Source: an uncultured Desulfosarcina sp. (GTDB lineage: Bacteria > Desulfobacterota > Desulfobacteria > Desulfobacterales > Desulfosarcinaceae). Taken from it: a DNA stretch of 64,000 nucleotides. Numbering within the stretch: position 1 is the stretch's first letter; each line of letters starts with the position of its first letter. The position numbers and the translations under genes are program-made. A model generated the notes under the pieces. It did not search any database. It saw nothing but the letters and a program-made list of their open reading frames with translations, and had not been told where the DNA came from. Of this stretch, positions 10,141 to 20,227 are shown piece by piece. The stretch covers positions 1,472,001 to 1,536,000 of the forward strand of contig CAXXWQ010000004.1 of the NCBI GenBank assembly GCA_963674945.2, read 5' to 3'.

Positions 10141-10208
10141 TGTAAAGTATTAAAGACAAGCTTATGTTAACACTTGTTAAGTTAACATGTTAATGCTATA
10201 TTTTAACA
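10141..10208. promoter_or_regulatory. Candidate enhancer (UAS) region with repeated TGTTAA/TTAACA half-sites
   Basis: TGTTAA at 10165, 10175 and 10188 and TTAACA at 10182 and 10203, in an AT-rich tract about 100-140 nt upstream of the sigma54 site. Confidence 0.5.
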
Positions 10209-10273
10209 GAATTTACAATCACCGTTCACCAGCTGGCATGGAAATTGGCCACGGATTTAATACGGAAGGTGCC

Positions 10274-11641
10274 ATGAACATCGCAAAATATTGGAAAACC
10301 ATCGTCGATACACTTCAAGACGGCCTGATGGTCGTTGATCCAAAAGGAGATATCATCGCCGCCAATCAAGCGGCAGAGAAGATCACCGGTTATTCCCAAG
10401 ACGAATTAATCGGAAAATCTTGTCGCATATTGAATTGTACGGGATGCAAAATCATCGGGAAAGGTACTGGAACGAATTGGTGTCGTCTCTTTCAAAAAGG
10501 GGGCATCCGGGAGAAGAAATGCCTGATCACCAAAAAAGATCGTCATTCGGTGCACATCGTCAAAAGTGCCTCTGTTTTACGCGATGAAGCGGGAGAGATC
10601 ATCGGCGCCGTGGAAACCCTTACCGACATTACCGAGAAGATCCGGCAGCAGCAGGAGATCAGCCAGTTGCGCAAGACGTTTTACCTGGATGAGGGGTACC
10701 ACGGAATTCTTGGCAAAACGCCCGTAATGCTCAACCTGTTCGAAATGATCGAAAATGTTTCCCAGTCGGACACCCCGGTGATGATTCAAGGTGAGAGTGG
10801 AACCGGAAAAGAACTGGTTGCACGGGCCATTCACCAGGCCAGCAATCGCAGGGAGAAGCCGTACGTCAAGGTAAACTGCGCGGCCTTGAATGAAAACCTG
10901 TTGGAAAGCGAATTGTTCGGACACGTAAAGGGCGCCTATACCGGTGCGGACCGCACCCGCATCGGACGGTTCGAAGCCGCCAATGAAGGGACGATTTTCC
11001 TGGACGAGGTGGGAGACATCCCCCCCGCCATCCAGATCAAGTTGTTACGGGTGCTGGAAGAACGAAAGATCGAACGGGTGGGAGACAACCGTTCCGTCCC
11101 CGTGGATGTGCGGTTGATCACTGCGACCCACAAGGATCTGGAGTCGTTGATCCAGCAGCAGCTTTTTCGGGAAGATTTGTACTTTCGCATCAACGTCTTT
11201 CCCCTGCAATGCCCTCCGTTGGCCCAACGAAAGGACGACATCCCCATCATCGCCCAGAGCTTTATCCGTCGCAATGCGGCCAGCAGCGGAAAAAACATCC
11301 TCGGCCTGACACCGGACGCGCTGGAGGCCTTGACGGATTACAATTGGCCGGGAAACGTCCGGGAATTGCGCAACACCATCGAATACGCCTTCGTCCTCTG
11401 CCAGAACGGCGGTATCGGCGTTCAACACCTGCCCCACAAGATTGTCAACGGCATGGATACGCCACAACCGGACTGCCACCTCGATCCGCAATGTGTAAAG
11501 GATCGGGAACGGTTGATCCAGGTACTTCGGCAAACCGGCGGAAACCAGTCCAAGGCGGCAGAAATGCTGGGCGTCAGTCGGGTCACCATCTGGAAACGGA
11601 TCAAAAAATTCGGAATCGATATCAAGAAAGAGGTGGGATGA
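10274..11641 (+). CDS. PAS-AAA+-HTH sigma54-dependent transcriptional activator
   Basis: PAS domain, GESGTGKEL, ESELFGHVKGAYTGA, FLDEVG, WPGNVREL and a Fis-type HTH. Confidence 0.95.
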   Translation: MNIAKYWKTIVDTLQDGLMVVDPKGDIIAANQAAEKITGYSQDELIGKSCRILNCTGCKIIGKGTGTNWCRLFQKGGIREKKCLITKKDRHSVHIVKSASVLRDEAGEIIGAVETLTDITEKIRQQQEISQLRKTFYLDEGYHGILGKTPVMLNLFEMIENVSQSDTPVMIQGESGTGKELVARAIHQASNRREKPYVKVNCAALNENLLESELFGHVKGAYTGADRTRIGRFEAANEGTIFLDEVGDIPPAIQIKLLRVLEERKIERVGDNRSVPVDVRLITATHKDLESLIQQQLFREDLYFRINVFPLQCPPLAQRKDDIPIIAQSFIRRNAASSGKNILGLTPDALEALTDYNWPGNVRELRNTIEYAFVLCQNGGIGVQHLPHKIVNGMDTPQPDCHLDPQCVKDRERLIQVLRQTGGNQSKAAEMLGVSRVTIWKRIKKFGIDIKKEVG

Positions 11642-11666
11642 CGAAAACCTTGTTTTCAACCAGAAA

Positions 11667-11711
11667 ACAACAGAGGCATCCTGCCGCTATGGAACAGGAT
11701 ACCTCTGTTGT
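11667..11711. terminator. Hairpin between convergent genes (likely bidirectional terminator)
   Basis: acaacagagg-catcctg...caggat-acctctgttgt inverted repeat. Confidence 0.6.
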
Positions 11712-11730
11712 GAATCAATTCGGTTGTTTG

Positions 11731-11934
11731 TCAGCTAGTTTTTTTCACATTCTTGGCTTCGGGACCACGGTCACTCTCCTCGACGTCGAAAATCACCATG
11801 TCTCCCTCTGACAGGGTCTTGAACCCCGTCATGTCAATAGCGCTGAAGTGGACGAAAATATCTCTTCCGTCCTCTTCGTTAATAAAACCATACCCCTTCT
11901 TGTCGTTGAACCATTTTACTGTACCGTTCGCCAA
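11731..11934 (-). CDS. cspA: Cold-shock protein
   Basis: [17 protein letters not shown]...[12 protein letters not shown] start after RBS gaggagg. Confidence 0.95.
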   Translation of the reverse strand: MANGTVKWFNDKKGYGFINEEDGRDIFVHFSAIDMTGFKTLSEGDMVIFDVEESDRGPEAKNVKKTS

Positions 11935-12111
11935 AACGCCGACCTCCTCTTCTGGAAAAATCCCCCCCAAAATACCCCTTTGCCGCGGAAGACGATACTC
12001 CGGCAGTTGAGATAGTCGTGCAGAAGACGTGAAATCAAATGGTTTCGGTTGCCAAATTATCATCCCCATGATGAGCATTAGCCAATGAAAAAGGTGTTGT
12101 CAAGAGAAAAA

Positions 12112-13089
12112 CTACAATGGAAACCTCTGAATGTTGGCGTTTTTTCTTAGATTATCTAAGTAGTTGTTGATCTCCTTTCCCTCCGTTTCCTGCTGTAAAT
12201 GCGCAGAAATTGCCTCTTTCACTTCGGTAAAGGCCATGGTCTTCTCCGGGTTTCGCTCGATGACACGGATCAAATGGTAACCAAAACGAGTCCTTACGAT
12301 ATCGCTGGTCTGGCCGGGTTCCAGGGCGAAAGCAGCCTCGGAAAATGGTGGAACCATCTGGTTCCGCGTAAAAAAGCCCAAATCTCCGCCCTTGGCCTTG
12401 CTGGGACAATCTGAATATTGTTGGGCGAGCACAGAGAAATTCTCCCCGGAGGCGATTCGGGCCTTGAGTCCCTCAATGGTCGCCAGTGCCTTGGCTTGCG
12501 CCTCCTCATCCGCGTCTTCCGGCACCTTGATGAGAATGTGAGAGGCCTTTACCTGTTCCGGCTTTTGAAAAAACTGGGGATTGTTATCGTAGTACGCACG
12601 AACCTGTTCATCGGGGACGGTTACGTGATGGGTCACCTCCTTGTCCAGCAGGGCCTTGATTGCGAGTCCTTGATGAAGCTGCTCGATGAATTCTTTCTCG
12701 GAAAAGCCCATATCCGTAAGGGAATTTTGGTACGCCTGATCATCGGCGAATCCAGTTTTGAACTGATCCAACGCCTTGTCTATCTGTTTCTTTTGGATTT
12801 CGATACCCAATTCCCGGCTTTTCTGGAACAGCAAAGCGCGGTTGATCAGGGTTTCACGAATATCTCCTTCATATCGTCTCAATTGCTCATCCGAAACGGG
12901 CCTGCCCTCTCGGGCCAGTTTCATTGCGACAAGTTTCATCTCACGATCCAACTCCTGGCGAAGCAGAACAGTATCGTTTACCAGCGCGACTTTGCTGTTG
13001 GGTTGCTCCGCTGCGAGACCGTTGGAAAAAGATAGAAAAAAGAGAGTCATGAGGGTGATGATGAATCGTAAGGGTCGATACGGTGCCAT
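12112..13089 (-). CDS. SurA/PrsA-like parvulin peptidyl-prolyl isomerase
   Basis: Signal peptide; VKASHILI, YSDCPSKAKGGDLG and TRFGYHLI. Confidence 0.9.
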   Translation of the reverse strand: MAPYRPLRFIITLMTLFFLSFSNGLAAEQPNSKVALVNDTVLLRQELDREMKLVAMKLAREGRPVSDEQLRRYEGDIRETLINRALLFQKSRELGIEIQKKQIDKALDQFKTGFADDQAYQNSLTDMGFSEKEFIEQLHQGLAIKALLDKEVTHHVTVPDEQVRAYYDNNPQFFQKPEQVKASHILIKVPEDADEEAQAKALATIEGLKARIASGENFSVLAQQYSDCPSKAKGGDLGFFTRNQMVPPFSEAAFALEPGQTSDIVRTRFGYHLIRVIERNPEKTMAFTEVKEAISAHLQQETEGKEINNYLDNLRKNANIQRFPL

Positions 13090-13337
13090 TGAATTCTCCT
13101 TGTTTGTTAAAAATTCGAGTCCACAGGGCCCGAATAGAAGGGGGATGCATTACGAACGCATGATACCGCAGGAGCCAGAATGAATGTGATGTCGCTTCGC
13201 TCCGACGATTTGATATGATGGATTGGGCCGAAGGCGAATACCTGATTCTGACTCCTGAATTCTTTTGACAATCATATGGCAGAGCAAGTGGACGCTGACC
13301 TGGTCCAGAGGACAAGGTTTTCTGAACCTCAATACAA

Positions 13338-14201
13338 TCACCTTGCAAGGGGAACGACCCCCACCATCTCGACCAGCTCACCGGTGAAACTGCCGACAAT
13401 CACCTTGCTCTTCAGTTTTATGGGCAGTCGCCGATGATCCGCAGACACCCACAATTGAATCTTTGCATCCGGGCTCTTTTCGAAGACCCCGCCGACGTGG
13501 GAAAGATCCGGTTCGATGAGAAACGTATCGAATGTTCCCGCAGGTACTGTGACCCGTTCGTTTCGAATCACATGGGCCACGCCCAATACCTGCTTTTTCC
13601 CATCGGTCACCGACCGTTGGATGTGACTGCCCGGTTCCAGTTTGACGGATCGGGACCAAAAAAAGACGGAAAGCGGATCCAGAGTGTCTTCCGTGATGGG
13701 AATTGGATCACGCGCCTTTCCCCGGTTGCTGTACTGGGCGGTCATTTTCTTCCAATCGAAAGAGACGATGATATCCCGCTTCCTCTCTCCTTCATGTTGT
13801 TTTTTTCGATATTCTAAGGATCGACGCATGTCGAAATCGGTCCAGGACTCGATACGATCCCGAACCATGAAAATGGAATCGACAAACGCATTGGATTGCG
13901 CCGATAGGGCAAAGTGGTGGGCATCGTCGTATGCAGCCAGCGGTTCCCTTGGGAGGACCTCCAGTATGGCCTCGCCTGCCGGAATGATGGTCCATTTAAG
14001 TACAAATGTCAGGCGCTCACCCGGCCGAAATGCTTCGACGGTGGCGGTTTCCTCCGCGAGGGAAGAGATGGGGAAAAAGAAGAAAAGGGAAAAGACAATC
14101 CAGCACGCAAACCACCATGGGCCATGACAGTGCACGTTCACTGCGTTTTTCAACGAGGTCTGTTCCTCTCTTTGCCTCAATGAACCCGCGACGATTTGCA
14201 T
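13338..14201 (-). CDS. DUF3108-like exported protein
   Basis: FRPGERLTF.LKW, ERVTVPAGTFDTF and LWVSADHRRLPIK. Start codon uncertain. Confidence 0.7.
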   Translation of the reverse strand: MQIVAGSLRQREEQTSLKNAVNVHCHGPWWFACWIVFSLFFFFPISSLAEETATVEAFRPGERLTFVLKWTIIPAGEAILEVLPREPLAAYDDAHHFALSAQSNAFVDSIFMVRDRIESWTDFDMRRSLEYRKKQHEGERKRDIIVSFDWKKMTAQYSNRGKARDPIPITEDTLDPLSVFFWSRSVKLEPGSHIQRSVTDGKKQVLGVAHVIRNERVTVPAGTFDTFLIEPDLSHVGGVFEKSPDAKIQLWVSADHRRLPIKLKSKVIVGSFTGELVEMVGVVPLAR

Positions 14202-14203
14202 TG

Positions 14204-15145
14204 TTACAATCTTACCGCCAGGCGACGTGCCCGACGACGGCCCCACAGCCAGAGGCGTAGGATATGCGTAAAGGCCACAGCCGTGATGATCCGCGGCACC
14301 CACAGCCAGAAAGGATGTATCCCAAATGGCAAAAACAGACACGGATCCTCGATCATGGCGTGATTGATGCCTATGGAAACGTGAAGGGGGGCCAGAATTT
14401 CCGGTGATAAGGGGCGTTCACTGACCTCTGCTACGATTACCGCACCACCGTATGCAATGCCGAACATCGCAGCCGTCATCCACAAAAGCGCCACCCTTCG
14501 ATCCAGACCCAGCAAAGACAAGGCGGGTTCGACGGCCCGAATTATACGGTCGATGATATGGTACTGCCGAACAAGTTCCATGAAGATCATCACCGCCATG
14601 ATGATGGCCAAAATCTTGAGGCCCAGCCATGCCATTTGGATGGCCCAATCCCGGATTGCCGGGAAAAATAGAACGGGGGAAGCGTTTGAAACGCTCGTTG
14701 TCATCTCAGTGGCCGTTTCCGGTCCGAATACCCACGACAAAAACCAGACCGTTACTACGGCCGCAAAGAGCCGAACAAGAGTGGCCAACAATGCGGAGAA
14801 ACCGGATCGGTTCTGAATGATGCCCTCTTGAATCAAATTGTGGGCGATAAGCAGGAAAATTGCCATCAACGTCATCTGAGCGACGGTGAATGGCAGAACA
14901 GACATCGCTGCAATTGCACCGTAAATTCCTGTCAGAAGGCCGACGATGAGTGGAAAGGCGGCCGTCGCAGGCAGGTGAAGCAAACCCATGAGCGGCTCCA
15001 GGATACCATCCAATTTGTTCAGCCAACCCGAATATTCAAACAGGAACGTCACGAAGGAGACGGGAAGAATGATCTTGACCATCCAGACGAATCCCAGCCA
15101 TCCTTTGACCGCGCCAAGTCGAACTGTCGTTGTTATGGAATCCAT
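14204..15145 (-). CDS. Nucleoside-recognition (Gate) domain membrane protein
   Basis: LEPLMGLLHLP, AHNLIQEG, GIAYGGAVI and NHAMIED; multiple TM segments. Confidence 0.75.
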   Translation of the reverse strand: MDSITTTVRLGAVKGWLGFVWMVKIILPVSFVTFLFEYSGWLNKLDGILEPLMGLLHLPATAAFPLIVGLLTGIYGAIAAMSVLPFTVAQMTLMAIFLLIAHNLIQEGIIQNRSGFSALLATLVRLFAAVVTVWFLSWVFGPETATEMTTSVSNASPVLFFPAIRDWAIQMAWLGLKILAIIMAVMIFMELVRQYHIIDRIIRAVEPALSLLGLDRRVALLWMTAAMFGIAYGGAVIVAEVSERPLSPEILAPLHVSIGINHAMIEDPCLFLPFGIHPFWLWVPRIITAVAFTHILRLWLWGRRRARRLAVRL

Positions 15146-15152
15146 GAACCGG

Positions 15153-15629
15153 TCACGGCATCAGATAAAATCCCAATATGGGGTCATCCATCTCATTGGG
15201 AAGGAAAGCGGCGCCCACGTATAAACCGCTGATATTACGAATGATCACCTTCTTTTTCATGGGGCTTCGCTTTTGATTGTCCAGGTTGAATTCGACCAAT
15301 AGTTTCGCACCAATGGGAAAATCTCGGGGTGCGTTCAATTTTAATTTCAGGCCAGTGGTGGAGATGTCCACCACCTTGACCAAGCCGGAATCAGCCGGAC
15401 CATTCTCCCCCATGAGGGTAAATCGCCCTGGCAGGTCGGCACTTTTTCTGTATTGCCTGCGCTTTTCCAAACGACACCGAAACGTGTTACCGCAGGTGCA
15501 GGTGCATTTGACCGTAATCTTCTGATTGGTGTTGGCGTATTTGCTGACATCTGTAATCTTGGCTTTCCCGCATTTGGGACAACGGAAGGTAGCGGTGTTG
15601 TTACTGGAAATAAATACGGTCTGATCCAT
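15153..15629 (-). CDS. Zinc-ribbon + PilZ domain protein
   Basis: CPKC and CTCTC, followed by RRQYRK (RxxxR) and DISTTG (DxSxxG). Confidence 0.85.
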   Translation of the reverse strand: MDQTVFISSNNTATFRCPKCGKAKITDVSKYANTNQKITVKCTCTCGNTFRCRLEKRRQYRKSADLPGRFTLMGENGPADSGLVKVVDISTTGLKLKLNAPRDFPIGAKLLVEFNLDNQKRSPMKKKVIIRNISGLYVGAAFLPNEMDDPILGFYLMP

Positions 15630-15653
15630 ACGCTTGTCGTTTCGTCCAGAAAA

Positions 15654-16118
15654 TTAAAATTCATCCGCTATGGATTGATGGCCGCGTATCTTGATGATTT
15701 CTGGTTTGTAGTTGGTATCTTTCGAAAGACGACGGCCCGCAGCGCGGATAATGACAAATGCAAAACCGAAAAACGCGAAGCCCAAAAGGGCCGATAAACC
15801 CGATGGATCCATTCCTTTGTCCATGGCAATCCGCTGACCGAGGATCGCACCGGCAATCATCGCCAGGATGGGAAAAACATAGAGGAGGAAGGTGACCTTG
15901 AGAAGATAGGCGGTTTTGACATTCAAGACGATTCGATCACCCACGCGGGCATTGACCGAATTGATCGCCTCCACCTCCATCTCCTTGCTTTCTCCATCGC
16001 CATGGCAGGCATCTCTGGATGAACAGGATGCACAGGCGGAAGATCGCGTGGTCTTCACCCAGGCGGTTCCGTTTCCGGAAGCGCCCATCTTAAATACGAT
16101 TCCCTCTTCGATGGCCAT
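15654..16118 (-). CDS. rseC: RseC/MucC family membrane protein
   Basis: EEGIV...RSSACASCSSRDAC, ARVGDRIVL and LLYVFPIL, followed by two TM helices. Confidence 0.85.
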   Translation of the reverse strand: MAIEEGIVFKMGASGNGTAWVKTTRSSACASCSSRDACHGDGESKEMEVEAINSVNARVGDRIVLNVKTAYLLKVTFLLYVFPILAMIAGAILGQRIAMDKGMDPSGLSALLGFAFFGFAFVIIRAAGRRLSKDTNYKPEIIKIRGHQSIADEF

Positions 16119-16204
16119 AAGCGGTATTCTCGGTGAATGGTACGTTCGTTGACCTATGAAAATCTACGTATCGTTGCTATCAATAAACACTTTTTTATCG
16201 AACA

Positions 16205-18262
16205 TCAACCGTTAACCGCTTTTTGAATATGGACCGGCGATTTTTCAACTGCCGCATCCTTGTAACAGATGAGACCACAATTGAGGCAGCGGGCAGCCTC
16301 TTCCTGGGCCATTTTCGTATCGAACCCCTTTTCCAACTCTTTCAACTGGGCAAGATCGCGACTCTCTGCAAGGGGCATGATTCGTCGCTGGACCGGTGTC
16401 ACCTCCTCCACCTCGTCCACATCTTGGATGATCATCTTTGGGTTCAACACGTTTTCCGGTAAGTCGACGGGAATATCATAGAGCAATTTGTGAATGGTGG
16501 CTGCCGCCCGTCGGCCAGCGCCAATCGCTTTGATGGCACCGCTGAAATCGGTCAGGGATTCACCCCTTGCGAACAGCCCCATCTGATTGGCCAGATCCGG
16601 TCTCTTGTAAGGTGATACGGCCGTCCATTCTCCCGTCCCGTCCGCCGTTTCATCCTCTTCATCGCGCGCGGATCGAGTGAAGATCAGTTCAGGAAAACGG
16701 CCCGCCGAAAAGACCAGGGTCTCGGCCGGCAATTGGAGGGCCTGATTCGTGGTCGCATCGATCACCTCCATACCCGTAAGGCAGTCTCCTTCCCCGAAGA
16801 GGCGGGTAACACCGCCGTATATCACTTGGGCACCGGCTTCTTTCAAAGCTGTCTGGGTTTGCGGCGTCAAGGCTTCACGAAAAACGAAAGTGACGGCATC
16901 GGCGCCGGCGCTGCGCGCCTTGGTCAGCGCTTCGCCGGCCAATCCCTCTCCGCCGACGATGACTGTTTGGCCCTGGCATGTCACGGTCTCGTGTCCGTTA
17001 CTGCCCGACCGGAGCAGGTCCAGCAGCAGGTAACCGCCGGGAATGGGACTTTCGGCCATCTTCTCGCCCCCACGGGCCAGACGGCTGTCCCATCCCCCCG
17101 AGGCGAGGAAAACGGCTTCGTAGCCCTCGTCCAGAAGGCCTGCCACGGTGATATCACGACCGAGCATCTGGCCGGTCTTGGCGGTAACCCCCATATCCAG
17201 AATGCCATCGATATCCCACTTGAGGATCTCGTCGGGAAGACGATACTTGGCAATGGCCGTATTGAGCAGTCCGCCCAGGCGGTCCGTACCTTCGTATACC
17301 GTGGTGTCGTGCCCCAACCGGGCCATGAAAAAAGAGGTGGAAAGTCCCTGTACACCGCCACCGATCACGGCGACGCGCCGGCCGGTTTCCGGTGCCTTGA
17401 ATGGTTGAATGCGCTCGCTTTGGGTACGTTCATAATCGGCGACAAACCGTTTCAAAAAGTTGATGGCTACGGGTTCGTCCACGTATTTCCGGCGACAATC
17501 GTCTTCGCAGGGCCGGGGACAGATTCGTCCGATCACGGTTGGAAAGGGATTTCGCTCCTTGATGGTCTGAACGGATCCGTGGTAATCGCCTTCGACGATC
17601 TGCTCGATGTAACGGCTGATATTGATCCCGGCCGGGCATGCACGCTGGCAGGGAGTGGTACAATCTTCCGTCGTGTACTCTTTCAAGATTCTACGGGTAA
17701 CGGAAGAGAGGGTGATGATGTGCTTGGGGCAAACCCGTTCACAGGTACCACAACCGGTACACTTGACCTCGTCCACCACCGGCAAGCCTTTCGGCCCCAT
17801 GGTAATTGCGTCGAAGGGGCACGCGGCGGCACAAGTCCCCAGCCCGAGACATCCGATATTGCAGACCTTCATTCCACCGGATAGAATCGCGGCCGCACGG
17901 CAGTCGTTCAGGCCGTCATACTTGTACTTCACATCGGCGTCGGCCACGCCGTAGGTGCAACCGGGCAGGGCGATGTCCGGTTCCTTGGCCTCGACACTGA
18001 CGCCGAGAATTTCGGCAATGGCCACGGCCACCTCTTCACCGGCTGCAACACATGAATTCGGTGCCGCCTTTCCCGCCACGATGGCTTCTGCATTGGCACT
18101 GCACCCGGGCATACCGCAGCCGCCACAGTTGGCACCGGGCAGGACGTCGTCGACGGCGACGATTTTCGGATCGACGTATACGTAAAAAACTTTGGAGGCC
18201 AGCGCCAGGCCGATTCCCACTACGAGTCCAAGTCCGCCCATGAGTACGATGGCTATGGTCAT
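16205..18262 (-). CDS. RnfB-like N-terminus fused to a GltD/NfnB-like FAD/Fe-S oxidoreductase
   Basis: TM anchor, LPGANCGGCGMPGC, GCLGLGTCAAACP and CTGCGTCERVCP (RnfB). Then PCQRACPAGINI, GRICPRPCEDDC, VAVIGGG and EAARCLNC (GltD-like). Confidence 0.85.
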   Translation of the reverse strand: MTIAIVLMGGLGLVVGIGLALASKVFYVYVDPKIVAVDDVLPGANCGGCGMPGCSANAEAIVAGKAAPNSCVAAGEEVAVAIAEILGVSVEAKEPDIALPGCTYGVADADVKYKYDGLNDCRAAAILSGGMKVCNIGCLGLGTCAAACPFDAITMGPKGLPVVDEVKCTGCGTCERVCPKHIITLSSVTRRILKEYTTEDCTTPCQRACPAGINISRYIEQIVEGDYHGSVQTIKERNPFPTVIGRICPRPCEDDCRRKYVDEPVAINFLKRFVADYERTQSERIQPFKAPETGRRVAVIGGGVQGLSTSFFMARLGHDTTVYEGTDRLGGLLNTAIAKYRLPDEILKWDIDGILDMGVTAKTGQMLGRDITVAGLLDEGYEAVFLASGGWDSRLARGGEKMAESPIPGGYLLLDLLRSGSNGHETVTCQGQTVIVGGEGLAGEALTKARSAGADAVTFVFREALTPQTQTALKEAGAQVIYGGVTRLFGEGDCLTGMEVIDATTNQALQLPAETLVFSAGRFPELIFTRSARDEEDETADGTGEWTAVSPYKRPDLANQMGLFARGESLTDFSGAIKAIGAGRRAAATIHKLLYDIPVDLPENVLNPKMIIQDVDEVEEVTPVQRRIMPLAESRDLAQLKELEKGFDTKMAQEEAARCLNCGLICYKDAAVEKSPVHIQKAVNG

Positions 18263-18361
18263 ATGCACACCCCTGTCATTCTCTTTCACAGTTAGCCCAC
18301 CGGCGTTCAATAACAATCGAACGCGCCGAACCCAGGGCATTGTTGTCAATCGAAAGTGTGA

Positions 18362-20209
18362 TCACAATATGGCATCGAACCTGCATTTATCGTAGCAGGT
18401 CAAACACTTGATGCACTTTTCCTTGTCGATGCGGGCGACTTCCTTCTTCTTCCATTCGATGGCGTCCGCCGGGCAGGCCCTGAAACACATGCCGCAACGG
18501 GTGCAGGCTTCCGGGTCCACTTCGAATTTCAAGAGCGCCACACAACGTTTTGCCGGGCAACGGCGCTCGTAGATATGGGCCTCGAACTCGTCCCTGAAAT
18601 AGCGCAACGTGGAGAGAACCGGGTTGGGGCCGGTCTGCCCCAGCCCGCAAAGGGCCGTCTCCTTGATCGTGTGAGACAATTCGATCAGGGTGTCGATATC
18701 CCCCGGCTCACCTTTTCCTTCACAGATTTTCTCCAGGATCTGCAACTGACGGCGCGTTCCCTCCCGGCAGGGGGTACACTTGCCGCAGGACTCATCCTGA
18801 ATGAACTCCATGAAAAACCGGGCCATGTCCACCATGCAGGTATTCTCGTCCATGACGATAGCGCCGCCGGACCCCATGATGGCGCCCACCTTGGCAATCG
18901 CCTCGTAGTCCACCGGCGTGTCCAGATGCGATTCGGGAATACAGCCGCCCGAAGGACCGCCCAATTGCACCGCCTTGAATTTTCGCTTCTTGGGGATGCC
19001 GCCGCCGATGTCGAAGATGATGGTCCGCAGTGTCGTTCCCATGGGTACTTCCACCAGTCCGATGTTGTTCACGTCACCGGACAGGGCAAACACCTTGGTG
19101 CCCTTGCTCGTTTCGGTGCCGACACTGGCGTACCATTCACCGCCGTTCAGTATGATCTGCGGGACGTTGGCCAGCGTCTCCACATTGTTCAGGATGGTGG
19201 GTTTTTCCCAAAGCCCCTTGTGCGCCGGAAAAGGAGGTCGCGGTCGCGGCATCCCCCGTTTCCCTTCGATGGATCGCATCAACGCGGTCTCCTCGCCGCA
19301 TACGAAGGCGCCGGCGCCCTGGTAGATCTCGATATCGAAAGAAAAATCCGACCCCAGTATGTTGTCGCCCAACAGACCATAGGCCTTGGCCTGCTCGATG
19401 GCGATACCCAGCCGTTTGATGGCAAGCGGGTATTCGGTTCGGGCATAGATATACCCCTTGCGGGAATCGATGGCCTTGGCCGCGATGATCATGCCCTCGA
19501 GCACTGCGTGGGGGTCCGCTTCCAGTATGCTGCGGTCCATGAAGGCCCCCGGGTCTCCCTCGTCGGCGTTGCAAAGCACATACTTGACGTCGCCTTTGCT
19601 CTGACTGGCAAAATCCCACTTCACACCGGTGGGGAATCCTGCCCCGCCCCGTCCCCGCATGCCGGATGTCTTCATCTCGTCGATGATCTGTTGGGGCGTC
19701 ATTTCGAACAATGCCTTGGCCGCACCGGCATATCCGTCCCGGCCGATGTATTCCTCGATGACCTCGGGGTCGATCAACCCCTTGTTGCGAAGGGCCCTTG
19801 GCATTTGATTGGCGAAAAAGGGAATCTCGGTCTGGGCGGCGATCTTCGCCTTGGTGACCGGATCCTTGTAGAGCAGTCGTTCCACCGGTTTGCCGTTGAC
19901 CAGATGAGATTCCACCAGTTCCGACATGTCTTCGACGGTGAGTTTCTGATAGAAAATGTCTCCGGGATGAACCACCAGCAAAGGCCCCAATGCGCAAAAC
20001 CCGTTGCAACCGGTTTCGATCACCTGTACCTTTTCACCAAGCCCCTTCTCATCGATGGCGGCGATCAAGGCATCCTTGACACGGATCGACCCCGTGGCGT
20101 GGCAACCGGTACCGCCGCAGATCAAAAGATAGGTTTTCTCCCTGAACGCCAGGCGCGCCGCCTGGGATTCTCGAATGTTCTCCAACTCCGCCGTCGTCAG
20201 TCTCGCCAT
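18362..20209 (-). CDS. HydB/NuoF-like NADH-binding FMN/Fe-S subunit
   Basis: N-terminal CGGTGC..CNGFC, RGRGGAGFPTG, NADEGDPGAFMDR, GAGAFVCGEETAL, GGPSGG, ESCGKCTPCREG and a C-terminal 2x[4Fe-4S] domain. Confidence 0.95.
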   Translation of the reverse strand: MARLTTAELENIRESQAARLAFREKTYLLICGGTGCHATGSIRVKDALIAAIDEKGLGEKVQVIETGCNGFCALGPLLVVHPGDIFYQKLTVEDMSELVESHLVNGKPVERLLYKDPVTKAKIAAQTEIPFFANQMPRALRNKGLIDPEVIEEYIGRDGYAGAAKALFEMTPQQIIDEMKTSGMRGRGGAGFPTGVKWDFASQSKGDVKYVLCNADEGDPGAFMDRSILEADPHAVLEGMIIAAKAIDSRKGYIYARTEYPLAIKRLGIAIEQAKAYGLLGDNILGSDFSFDIEIYQGAGAFVCGEETALMRSIEGKRGMPRPRPPFPAHKGLWEKPTILNNVETLANVPQIILNGGEWYASVGTETSKGTKVFALSGDVNNIGLVEVPMGTTLRTIIFDIGGGIPKKRKFKAVQLGGPSGGCIPESHLDTPVDYEAIAKVGAIMGSGGAIVMDENTCMVDMARFFMEFIQDESCGKCTPCREGTRRQLQILEKICEGKGEPGDIDTLIELSHTIKETALCGLGQTGPNPVLSTLRYFRDEFEAHIYERRCPAKRCVALLKFEVDPEACTRCGMCFRACPADAIEWKKKEVARIDKEKCIKCLTCYDKCRFDAIL

Positions 20210-20227
20210 ACCCCCTCCGCCAGATTA

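Noticed and set aside
10234..10248. Sigma54-like site TGGCATG-GAAA-TTGG upstream of the activator
   Set aside because: The -12 element is GG rather than GC; too weak to call.
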